Below are positions 1 to 9,229 of a DNA stretch of 64,000 bases, one piece after another. The stretch lies in assembly GCF_002854065.1 (NCBI RefSeq), contig NZ_CP024147.1. The stretch is one strand, 5' to 3'. Source of the DNA: Escherichia coli. Its GTDB lineage: Bacteria; Pseudomonadota; Gammaproteobacteria; Enterobacterales; Enterobacteriaceae. The position numbers and the translations under genes were made by a program. The notes under the pieces are model-generated. The model was not told the DNA's origin and did not search any database. It was given only the letters and a program-made list of their open reading frames with translations. Within the stretch, counting starts at the first letter, position 1; each line of letters begins with the position of its first letter.

Positions 1-629
1 AAAAAGAGCCGCCTGCACAGGCTGCTACACAATGAAAAAAGAATCATTCCACAAGCAAGGCACTTATGAGCAAGGTTAGTTGCCCTGGTGCTAACATAAC
101 GGTTAAGGCGGTAAGAACAAGCCACTAGCGGCTAAACGTTTTCCTTCCGAGTTGACAGTTTCCTGCTTGAGAGCTGCTCGTTTGTTAGCCAGAACAGGTT
201 AACGGATAAAATCAGTATATCCATAATAAATAAATAGTTGTTTAGCATTTATTTAAATAATGCCTTCCGAATAATACGCACTAAAATAATAAACAAGCTA
301 GGACTATCCAGTACTGCTAATTGATAGGCGCTCATGAAAACTGGAGAGATAATTGCTTCTGATTAGCCATCAATGCAATTACATCCTGGTCTGGGGATTC
401 CCGGGGGTTAAGTAGCGTGATTAACCATCATAAATATTGATTGAACTCATTTACCTAAAAAGCGCCATTTTGATAGGCTCGACTTAACTCGTTGACCATT
501 TACAGGATTGTAACGTTGGAAATCTTTTTTTAACCCACTGAAAAGTATCTCTTAAATATTTTTCATACATAAAAATTCATGGTCCGTTCAGTACGGATCC
601 GATTTTGTATGGGTTAAAAAAGGTACGTT

Positions 630-1238
630 ATGAAAGTTACATGGACCGTCACGCCTGTGGGGTATCAGCGCATCGCGAAACGATGCCCTTCATGCAACAT
701 TAAACGGGACTTCACGCCGTCAGGTGCATTTCGGGTTAATTCACAAAAGAAGGTGCTGGACGTGTGGAGTATCTATAAATGCACACACTGTGATTACACC
801 TGGAATATCTCCCTGTTTTCGCGTCTGCACGTCAGCAAAATTGACCGCCAGCTTTATCATCGACTAATGACAAACGATGCCGCCACGGTGCAGCACTTTG
901 CATGTGATATCGCGATGCTGAAGCGGAACAATGCAGAGCTATCGGGTCGGCCTGATTTTCACGTTCAGGAGCGCTGGCCGGTAAGCATCACCGCCCACCA
1001 GCGGGTTCGCGTTAGTGTCAGGATCTCCCGTTCATTTCAGGTAAGTCTGCTGTCGATTTTGAAGCAGCAGCTCATGCTGAGCGCTGGTGAGATTCAGAGA
1101 ATGGTGGAAGCAGGGCATATAAGTGGCGTTACACTGAAGTTGCTTAAATCGAGAAAGCTGAAGGCAGCGGAATATCACTTTCAGCTGACTGCGGAAATGT
1201 TATATGCCCGGCGCAGGATCGTTCTGACGCATCGTTAA
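630..1238 (+). CDS. Hypothetical protein with N-terminal CxxC...CxxC zinc-ribbon-like motif
   Basis: 202-aa ORF; CPSC and CTHC pairs near the N-terminus; no recognisable catalytic motif; lies in island cargo next to alpA-like gene. Confidence 0.45.
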   Translation: MKVTWTVTPVGYQRIAKRCPSCNIKRDFTPSGAFRVNSQKKVLDVWSIYKCTHCDYTWNISLFSRLHVSKIDRQLYHRLMTNDAATVQHFACDIAMLKRNNAELSGRPDFHVQERWPVSITAHQRVRVSVRISRSFQVSLLSILKQQLMLSAGEIQRMVEAGHISGVTLKLLKSRKLKAAEYHFQLTAEMLYARRRIVLTHR

Positions 1239-1454
1239 AATATTAAGCTCCCCTGAGGTAATAAACGCCCGTGTGGCAGCGGTTCAACATAATGCCAGAT
1301 AGGCCAGGGATAGGGGAGCTTCAGTTTTTCGGCTTCTGAATTGAGAACTTTAGTGAATGGGGTGATAGAGGATATCGCTTGAATTGTGCCGAGTCTAATG
1401 GTGCTTTAAGGATTGGGATATCGGGAAAGGTGTAGCTTAATTGAATGGGTTGTA

Positions 1455-1667
1455 TCAATGACCGCGTGAATCGGCAATGCGTTGCTGTAACCATAATTCG
1501 ACTTCACTTTTCTTCCAGCGGGAGCACCGGCCCAGCTTAATTGGCTTCGGGAACAGTCCGTCTTTTATCAACTTATAGAACCATTTATCCGTCAGCCCCG
1601 TTAGCTTTGTGATGAAGCGCATATCCACCAGTTGGTCATCAAGCAAAGAAATTTGTTCTGTCATGAT
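1455..1667 (-). CDS. alpA: AlpA-family prophage transcriptional regulator (excisionase-like)
   Basis: About 70 aa from internal Met (MTEQISLLDDQLVDMRFITKLTGLTDKWFYKLIKDG...SRWKKSEVELWL), typical AlpA-type helix-turn-helix pattern; start chosen by length match to family. Confidence 0.65.
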   Translation of the reverse strand: MMTEQISLLDDQLVDMRFITKLTGLTDKWFYKLIKDGLFPKPIKLGRCSRWKKSEVELWLQQRIADSRGH

Positions 1668-1771
1668 GCTGTCTTCCATTGTGGGATTATCCTGAGCTGG
1701 TGGTTGATTGCTCGTTACTACCAGCCCTTCCACATCAATGGATTGATACGTAAAAAAGTGCAGAACGTGAG

Positions 1772-2350
1772 TTATAGTGAGCGAGGACGCCCCAGTCCGC
1801 TGGGCGGCGGTACCTCACTGGCTCCGTAGTGATAGTGACCGTGCTTTTGCTCTTCTTTGGCAAGGTAGCTGATGATGTAGCGCAGGTTATCGATGGCTTC
1901 GGTATCATCGTAGTTCACCGGCTTATCAATACTGACGTCATAAGTAGGTTTGTATTCGCAGCGGTTGTAATAGCCTTCTCGTTGCGTTATTTCCCGCCAT
2001 ATTGTTCCGACTCTCTCAGCTATTGGGTAGGTAGCCTGGTTAAGGTGCCTGTCGAGATAGAACACGATATGAGCATGGCAGCCGTGGTCTACAGAGCTCT
2101 CCAGTACCCAGAAATACCCTGCCAGATTTGTGTGCTGCAGGGTGCGTTCAACCAGCATGCGTACCTCTCGCTCTGTTTCGTTCCATGAATGACGTTTAAA
2201 GCGCTCTGTACCTTTCTGATAGAACAGGTCGAGTCGGAGTGCCTGTATTTGGGAATATCGGTTCAGTAGCTGATTCAGGTGGTCATTGAGTAGAGACAGT
2301 AGAAACCAGTTCATCGTGTATCTGGGGTTAAATGGGTAAGGTGTATGCAT
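1772..2350 (-). CDS. Inovirus Gp2-like / YfjJ-YagK family prophage protein
   Basis: ORF extends to 2539, but Met at 2350 has an AAGGA box about 8 nt upstream; sequence resembles YfjJ/YagK family found next to alpA in CP4-type elements. Confidence 0.55.
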   Translation of the reverse strand: MHTPYPFNPRYTMNWFLLSLLNDHLNQLLNRYSQIQALRLDLFYQKGTERFKRHSWNETEREVRMLVERTLQHTNLAGYFWVLESSVDHGCHAHIVFYLDRHLNQATYPIAERVGTIWREITQREGYYNRCEYKPTYDVSIDKPVNYDDTEAIDNLRYIISYLAKEEQKHGHYHYGASEVPPPSGLGRPRSL

Positions 2351-2755
2351 TGATTTATCCTTTGTCAGGTGGAGTACAAAGGATTGGGATGGGATGTAAT
2401 TTTTAAGAGAAGCAGAGATACAGGGAACTGCGTATCCAGGGGAATACAGGCAGGGTTGCTTGTTGGGGAAGGGGCTATGAACAGAGTGGTATAGAAACAG
2501 GGAGTCCCCCTTAATTATACTAAAAACCCAAATGTTCATATCTGCTGTTGAACGATGCTAATGAGGTGAGCACAGGAGGATTGTAGGGTGAAAACAACAG
2601 GAATAATGCAGTAAAATGTCAGGCTTTTATCACAATTAAATCAGTAGGATATCAGTAAAAAATCAGCCATTCCTCAGCCTGTGACCCACCTCCCTCTACC
2701 TAAAAGATGCTCATGCTAATCTGTGTTCAGGAGCCAGAATTAGAGGGAGGAGACG

Positions 2756-3673
2756 ATGTTGCATTACGATATGATCCGCTATGAAATAATGTACCTAAAA
2801 ACGCTGGACAGGCATTTCAATACAGATCACTCGTTACTGTGCAGTACTTATGATAGGCCCGATGATTTTCGACGCTTGATCTCTCAGATACTTGAACGGC
2901 ATTTTCTTGGCGATCAGGACAGAATCAAAATTGCGCGGAAAACACTTAAAGAATGGGCTGACCTGCAACTGATTGATAAAGAATATTTTGATTGTTTCAA
3001 AGGCACACCAAGAGCATCGTGGTTTGCTCACCATTATATTTTTGAATACCCAGTATTACCTGCAGGGTTGAAACTTGGTGGGTTGGGGAATGACGTCGGT
3101 TGTTCAGGTGGTTTTAATTCTCTTTTAATGAACGATAATATCTTCACAAATCTTGATTTCTCTAATTTGAATATCGACCTGGACGATATAGATTGGGACC
3201 TGATAACAAATCCACAGGCCACTGCTTCGAAAAAAACGAAACGCGTTTTCTCCCGATTTTATCTGAACGCGGGAGCAAGTACCGATCTGTACAACCCCAC
3301 TCCGGTAACTGAGCGTGAACTCATCAATGGTGTGATGAGGTACATTGATGAAGCACCATGCTCACTTGGAGATAAGATCACTTATTTCAAAAAACTGCAT
3401 GAGCGCTGGCTTGAGCAATATGATTTTTTTCTAACAGATTTTGACTGGATGTCACGTGATGATGAAACTCAGTTAGTATATCTCTGGGACTATCTCAAAG
3501 GAAAGGGACGAATAGCGAGCTATCTTCGCCCTTATAATACGTCTATGCGTTATGACATGATTATTGCGGCTATGGATGTGTGGAACGCCCAACCTGAAGA
3601 GAAGCTGGAGTTTATTGAGAAGATGAAACATGCCTGGCAGGCAGCGAAATCTTACCGGAAATCTGCTAAATAG
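2756..3673 (+). CDS. Hypothetical protein (305 aa), island cargo, no recognised domain
   Basis: Long uninterrupted ORF with an acidic, Asp-rich central segment (NLNIDLDDIDWDL); convergent with the 158-aa gene and the Gabija operon. Confidence 0.5.
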   Translation: MLHYDMIRYEIMYLKTLDRHFNTDHSLLCSTYDRPDDFRRLISQILERHFLGDQDRIKIARKTLKEWADLQLIDKEYFDCFKGTPRASWFAHHYIFEYPVLPAGLKLGGLGNDVGCSGGFNSLLMNDNIFTNLDFSNLNIDLDDIDWDLITNPQATASKKTKRVFSRFYLNAGASTDLYNPTPVTERELINGVMRYIDEAPCSLGDKITYFKKLHERWLEQYDFFLTDFDWMSRDDETQLVYLWDYLKGKGRIASYLRPYNTSMRYDMIIAAMDVWNAQPEEKLEFIEKMKHAWQAAKSYRKSAK

Positions 3674-4035
3674 CGTTGTGATCGCAGTGATGTCTTGGTC
3701 TGATTTCTCAATGTAGTCATGAATCTGAGTCGACCCAGGGTCCTCTAACTATCTTTTCCTTGTCCCGTTAGGTACAAGCACATACTGTTAAAGATTAATA
3801 TGGCGGGGTATGGACGTCGGAGCTATGCCTACCTTTTAGATCGTTTGCTTCTGACTCGAAGCTTACAAGCTAGCTGATCTGAAGGTCCACTGTGAGCGAG
3901 GAGCGGACACCACGACTCACCAATAACTTGCTGCCCGCTTACGACCCAAAACCACCTATTGTATGTTAATTAATCTAGCAAACAAATGTTTAGCTTTTTA
4001 TCCGGCGAATGAAGCAAGAGAAATTGAACCCATTG

Positions 4036-4512
4036 CTAAGTATTACTGGGATTATTAAAAGGGATAATACTGGCCAATCCGTCATCTACATCAAGACCAT
4101 AGGCAACTGCTATTTCTGCCACAGAGGTACCACACTTTTTTCGCAGTTTAAAAAGCGCTCGCTCAAGCATAGATACTTGCACAGGATGATCAAATCGGAT
4201 GAACTGAGGGGAGCCAACACTGTCACCGAATTCTTGGCATGCCTTTCTCATTTTCCTTAATTGATTTGCTAAATATGAATCGCTCGGTAAACCTTGTAGG
4301 ATTTTAGTCAATTCAGATCTAATGCTGATAACACTCTGAATGCAATGACTAGTATCCTCCATATCGACAGGATTGAAAAGAACTCGCTTGTCCTCAAGAA
4401 AAATGACGATCTTCTTCGCTTCGTCAGCTTCTATTATTGGAGCATTCCACTGAATCCCGAATATAGGGCAGCTAAGGCCTGTAATATTTTTATAGATTCG
4501 TTCAAATTTCAA
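4036..4512 (-). CDS. Hypothetical protein (158 aa), apparent TTG start with strong Shine-Dalgarno
   Basis: AAGGAG box about 6 nt upstream of TTG at 4512..4510; same strand as and downstream of gajA/gajB; no recognisable motif. Confidence 0.5.
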   Translation of the reverse strand: MKFERIYKNITGLSCPIFGIQWNAPIIEADEAKKIVIFLEDKRVLFNPVDMEDTSHCIQSVISIRSELTKILQGLPSDSYLANQLRKMRKACQEFGDSVGSPQFIRFDHPVQVSMLERALFKLRKKCGTSVAEIAVAYGLDVDDGLASIIPFNNPSNT

Positions 4513-4689
4513 AACTCACTCCTTTGATGGACACATAACGCCTATACAGTCATGATGAGAAACGGACTCGGTTCGAGTAATCTGTTAGATAGCATCACTC
4601 GTAACTACTGTAAAAATAGTTGCTATCATGCTTATTGTCACTATAAATATTACTTAATGTCAGTCAGTTAAGAACGATTATTATCCCCC

Positions 4690-4725
4690 ACAATATAAAA
4701 TGTGTGTGGGGGCTATTTTTTCCAA
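4690..4725 (+). terminator. Putative rho-independent terminator (plus-strand orientation)
   Basis: Stem CCCCCACA/TGTGGGGG with about 10-nt loop followed by CTATTTTTT; lies between the 70-aa and 158-aa minus-strand ORFs. Confidence 0.45.
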
Positions 4726-4738
4726 GAGGTAGGCTTCA

Positions 4739-4951
4739 TCAAAGATAAACTACATGAGAAGAACGCCTTAACTTGCTCAAATGGATTGTGTTACAACAGT
4801 CTTGGTAACGTTTGCTATTGGCACATAGCGGGTCTTCAACCCAGTTAGCTCGCCCATTCTGTGCAAGTAGTGGACAATGAATGAAAAGATATTGGGTCGG
4901 ATTAACCTTGCGAAGGCCATCTAAGTCTGTGACGAACATTTCTTCAAGCAT
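4739..4951 (-). CDS. Small Cys-containing hypothetical protein (70 aa)
   Basis: ATG preceded by GAGGG about 7 nt upstream; four Cys residues; directly downstream of gajB; could be non-coding. Confidence 0.3.
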   Translation of the reverse strand: MLEEMFVTDLDGLRKVNPTQYLFIHCPLLAQNGRANWVEDPLCANSKRYQDCCNTIHLSKLRRSSHVVYL

Positions 4952-5085
4952 CTGAGGCCCTCAGCTCGCACCTAGAATTTTAATTTTGATGCATTTTGCC
5001 TTAGCTTGAGCATTGGAATGTGGCCTGATAACCGGTGTTTTCTTTTACTGGCCGTCCACAGACTCGATGACGCATTTATTCCCGA

Positions 5086-6903
5086 CTACCTTAAACCTGC
5101 CCCTCTCATTCGCTCCTCCAGTTCATCCAGAAATGGGGAACGCCCTAGACGCATAGGGCCGTAGCGACCATCAACAAAACCGGAATACAGCATATGCACC
5201 TCGTCCCGTGCGCGGGTCAGCCCCACATAGAAAAGACGTCGGCTTTCACGCAGCTTCTCTGGCGTCTCATTACGCCACGGCAAATTCCCCAGATCTAAGC
5301 CGACCATGATAACCACGTCATATTCGCAACCTTTGGCTGAGTGAAGTGTCAGCAAATTGAGGTGCTCAGGTGAACCGTCACGACCACCTAGGCTCGTGAT
5401 ATCCAACATCGCTAACGCACCGCCTTCGGCAAGTGCTGCAGTCATGCGATCTAGTTGCTCAGCCTGATCAGAAAGCGTTGGTTCAGTTGCCAGCAGGGAA
5501 TCAACGAGACCGTTGCGCAACGACGCGACAAAATCGGATGCAGAATGTTGGTCGGCACGAAGTGCCCAAAGTAGCCTGGTTAACTCCTGCCCCTTACTCC
5601 GGGCGCATGCATCATCCAGCCTTGCCCGATGAAATGCCAGATAACGGTCTATAAGTCCGCGCAGTTGAGGGCGCCCGATACGCCAACCGCCAGCACACCA
5701 TGCTGCGCAATCCTCCACCCAGCTCGTCAAGGCAACTTTGCGATAAGGTGCTGCGGTATCCACACGAATGTAATCAAAACCGCTAGCTGTCACCGCATCG
5801 GCCACAACATCGCCGGCACGGTAGTCCTTGTACAGAATGGCGATATCACCCAGTGTTCGGCCCGGCTTAGCAGCCAACGCAGCAGGAATAATCTGCTCGA
5901 CAGCATAGACAGCCTGATCCCCCAAGCCATCCGGACACAGCTGGAACGCAATGGTTGTCTGGCGGTTTGGGTCGTTTGCGCGATAACCACGAACCTCACC
6001 CAACACCATCTCCGATGCATTCACGATGTCCGCTCCTGATCTATAGTTCAACTGGAGCCGGACTGTTTCAACGTCTCTCCTGCCTGCCAGTTCTAGTAGT
6101 AACGCACCATCGGCACCAGTGAAACCGTAAATAGATTGGTCTGCATCACCCACTGCAAATAAGCGTACGCCTCCCTCGAAAGCCAGACGTTTGACCATAC
6201 GATGGAGTGCCACGCCCAAATCTTGATATTCATCTACCGCAAGGATCGGAAATTTCGCCTGTACTAGGGGCAGAACCCAATCATGCTCAATTATCAGACG
6301 CTGACCAAATATCACCATATCGTCGTAGTCTATCAGCCCTTGCTGCCGCAATGCAGCTTCGTAGGCCTCGGCCCATGCAGCGAGTTCCTCCTCTGTACGC
6401 CAGGCAACGCTGTTGCGATTCAACACCGAACGGCGATGCCGTCCGAGATCAATAGCCTTATAGGGATGGTTTGCGCCAAAGAGACGGTCACCAGATTGTC
6501 GAAGTAACCGTTCGCTCTCGCGCTGAGACGCTACTGACAGCGGAAATGGGATTGGCAGATCGGCCAGTCGCCCATAGGGCATCAACAGATGGCGCAAGCA
6601 GAACCCATGAACGGTTCCAATAAAGAGATTCGGTGCCTCTCTAAGCCCCAGCGCTTCGAGACGACGGGTTAGCTCGCGTGCGCATTCTTGGCTATATGTG
6701 ATACATGCCGCACCACGTGGAGCTTGAACATCCTCAGCTAGGATTCGTGCCAGCTTCAGCACAAGCGTCTTTGTCTTACCACTCCCCGGGCCCGCGAGCA
6801 CCACGCAGTGTCCCTGGGAGTGATACGCGGATAACTGGCCCGGATTCCCGGCCAGCTCGGCAGCCTGAGCTAAGTAGGCTGCACTGACACTACGTGACGG
6901 CAT
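5086..6903 (-). CDS. gajB: Gabija GajB-like UvrD/PcrA-family helicase
   Basis: Walker A VLAGPGSGKTKT, DEYQD box (LAVDEYQDLG) and further UvrD-like motifs; proposed start MPSRSV overlaps gajA stop by about 14 bp; longest ORF extends to 7005, so start is uncertain. Confidence 0.75.
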   Translation of the reverse strand: MPSRSVSAAYLAQAAELAGNPGQLSAYHSQGHCVVLAGPGSGKTKTLVLKLARILAEDVQAPRGAACITYSQECARELTRRLEALGLREAPNLFIGTVHGFCLRHLLMPYGRLADLPIPFPLSVASQRESERLLRQSGDRLFGANHPYKAIDLGRHRRSVLNRNSVAWRTEEELAAWAEAYEAALRQQGLIDYDDMVIFGQRLIIEHDWVLPLVQAKFPILAVDEYQDLGVALHRMVKRLAFEGGVRLFAVGDADQSIYGFTGADGALLLELAGRRDVETVRLQLNYRSGADIVNASEMVLGEVRGYRANDPNRQTTIAFQLCPDGLGDQAVYAVEQIIPAALAAKPGRTLGDIAILYKDYRAGDVVADAVTASGFDYIRVDTAAPYRKVALTSWVEDCAAWCAGGWRIGRPQLRGLIDRYLAFHRARLDDACARSKGQELTRLLWALRADQHSASDFVASLRNGLVDSLLATEPTLSDQAEQLDRMTAALAEGGALAMLDITSLGGRDGSPEHLNLLTLHSAKGCEYDVVIMVGLDLGNLPWRNETPEKLRESRRLFYVGLTRARDEVHMLYSGFVDGRYGPMRLGRSPFLDELEERMRGAGLR

Positions 6904-8674
6904 CGCAGATATACTCCAGTGCTTCACGAATGTAATCCGGGCATACATCCTCCGACACCGAGGGTGCCAGCGCTTGGGCGAACCGCCCTTTGCCAATTCG
7001 CTCAATCAGTTTCAACAACCGGACATTATCAAGCTGGTCCGTGTCATCCACCCACGCCTGTATCCTGTTCAGAGTAGCTCGTCTAGGAGACAATTCCTGC
7101 TCGATAACCAACTTCATGGCTTCGCCCAGTCCACCGGTAAACAGCTCTGGCTCCAGAGTGGTCTCATTGACGAAGCATCCAAAATCTCCGGCACGTGCAA
7201 TCACCTCCTCGGTAGTCATATCATCATGATCAACATCGCTCTCAAGCACGTCTAAGATATTGATAAATCTCTTACGAACCAGCGGCTCTCCATCCTCCTC
7301 AGGATCGCGGTCTGTCAGAATCACATGTGGAATATTGAGTCCCCGCGGCCCTAGGAGCTTCACATACGGAGTGAAATTTGTTCCACCGATCGAGCACACC
7401 GTGATCCCAAGCATATCTAGGGGAATATTAAGAGCATCAGCGAATGCTGGGACAAGAAAGCGTTCAGCATCCCCTTCCACCAAGATCACCCCACGTGAAA
7501 AGAATATTTCGCCGCGAGTGACATCGATATAGCGCTGCAGATCATCTTCGTCCCGCGGCGTAAACGGTGCGTTTGCCGTTGAAACCGCAATCGTCTTCCC
7601 TCCCTCCGGATCATGGCGCAGCAAAACGATGGATCTGATTGGTGTGACGCTGGCGATATGCGGGGAATGGGTGGTCAGGATCGTTGTCAACGGTGTTCCT
7701 TCATCACCATTGTCTCCGTCAGTCCCTAGGAAATAACGGTAAACCAGGCGCTGTACGTGCGGATGTAGGTGCGCTTCCGGCTCCTCGACTACGAAAAACG
7801 TATGGTCTCGTTCTCCGTCATTAACAAGACGATCAAGTTCGAGGCTTTTTAGGGCAAGAAAAATCAGATTAGCTGTCCCCAGACTGGCATCGCCAATGCC
7901 ACGAATGCCACTATCAAGCAGCAAACGCAGGCTACGTAGCAGCGCATCAACGCGAGTCGGTGCAAGTCCGAGCGATACCGGAACGGCATGTTGCTCACCT
8001 GCGATAGCTATCAACCTTTCGCTAATTCGTTCGGCTGTCGCTGCCACCTCATCATGATCAGCCAGTTCCCGTTGAGCCTCATCAACTTGGGTTTGAATCT
8101 CCTCACGAGTCTCGTCGTCCAGAGATGCGGACAGTTCTTCAATAAGCGGTCTTAAGGGTGAATTACGCCAGCTTGAAAGGTCCTTCTCGGCATCACGCAA
8201 CGCGCCTTGAACATCAATGGGCAACATACGGCGAAAGGCACCACCAATATGCATGTCAGGATCAGCTCCACCGAAGATCACATACTCATAATCTTTTAAC
8301 GATTCAGGAGCTCGATTTAACGCGGTTTTGGGCTGAAAGCGGTAGGTAAGACGGGCCACCATCGGAGGCCCCGGATTTAGGACACAGTCATTCAGATGAG
8401 CCATCAATCGGGGATCGTCAGTGAACTCAGTAAGATCCACTGAAATTTCGATGGTCTCCCCCAGTTTGTCTTCGCCCAATCCATCCCAAAAATGTTCAAA
8501 ACCCAGTTGACGGTCACGCTCAGACAACCCTGGGTCAAGAATCAGCTGCAGGCCGCGAATAAAATTGCTCTTGCCAACCTTGTTTTCACCAACAATAACA
8601 ATACTCTCACCCGTTTCAACATCAACATCGGAGAAGTTGGCGAAATTAATTAACCGGATTCGGGAAATCCGCAT
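6890..8674 (-). CDS. gajA: Gabija GajA-like OLD-family ATPase/TOPRIM nuclease
   Basis: 594 aa; N-terminal ABC ATPase P-loop (VGENKVGKSN); C-terminal TOPRIM-like acidic motifs (ILVEGDAE, ILTDRDPEE); immediately upstream of and overlapping the UvrD-like helicase gene. Confidence 0.8.
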   Translation of the reverse strand: MRISRIRLINFANFSDVDVETGESIVIVGENKVGKSNFIRGLQLILDPGLSERDRQLGFEHFWDGLGEDKLGETIEISVDLTEFTDDPRLMAHLNDCVLNPGPPMVARLTYRFQPKTALNRAPESLKDYEYVIFGGADPDMHIGGAFRRMLPIDVQGALRDAEKDLSSWRNSPLRPLIEELSASLDDETREEIQTQVDEAQRELADHDEVAATAERISERLIAIAGEQHAVPVSLGLAPTRVDALLRSLRLLLDSGIRGIGDASLGTANLIFLALKSLELDRLVNDGERDHTFFVVEEPEAHLHPHVQRLVYRYFLGTDGDNGDEGTPLTTILTTHSPHIASVTPIRSIVLLRHDPEGGKTIAVSTANAPFTPRDEDDLQRYIDVTRGEIFFSRGVILVEGDAERFLVPAFADALNIPLDMLGITVCSIGGTNFTPYVKLLGPRGLNIPHVILTDRDPEEDGEPLVRKRFINILDVLESDVDHDDMTTEEVIARAGDFGCFVNETTLEPELFTGGLGEAMKLVIEQELSPRRATLNRIQAWVDDTDQLDNVRLLKLIERIGKGRFAQALAPSVSEDVCPDYIREALEYICDAVT

Positions 8675-9229
8675 TACTGCCTCCCTATCTTTTTAATTAT
8701 CTTCCCAAAATAAGAGTAGAACTCAAACCACAAGAGACTGCCTGGCACGACCAAATTTGCTGAGGGATACGGTTGCGATCAGAACGGTACTTGGTCATTG
8801 CACATTTTTTACTGTTCAAATCTATGCGTCCAACGAAGGTAACAACCTATCGTAACAGAGAGCTAAAACATGCCTATGATCCATCTCACATAGTGGCTGT
8901 TTGTCGTCACAGTCTTACAATGCACTCTGTGCAATGCATTACTCCCATTGGCCGACCAGACCGATGAACTGGCACGGCGGTGTGCTTCACACACTCTAGC
9001 GATACGGCACAATATCAACAGACACTGACTGGCCTCGTCAAAATAGTACAGTACAGACTTAGCACCGTCTGACTTTGGCGCTAAGCGGAGATCTTTCAGT
9101 CTTGGACTGCACAAAGTCCTTTGCGTTAATCTAAAATTCCAAATAATTTCAGACAGATATTATCTCATTGAATCCCCGCCTTCCTGACTGGATCGCGGGG
9201 TTTTTAATTTTTCACGCTGAGACTTCTGT

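Noticed and set aside
4009-4527. Plus-strand ORFs of 83 and 60 aa
   Set aside because: Antisense to the better-supported 158-aa minus-strand gene; no RBS; kept only as a possible antisense-transcript region.
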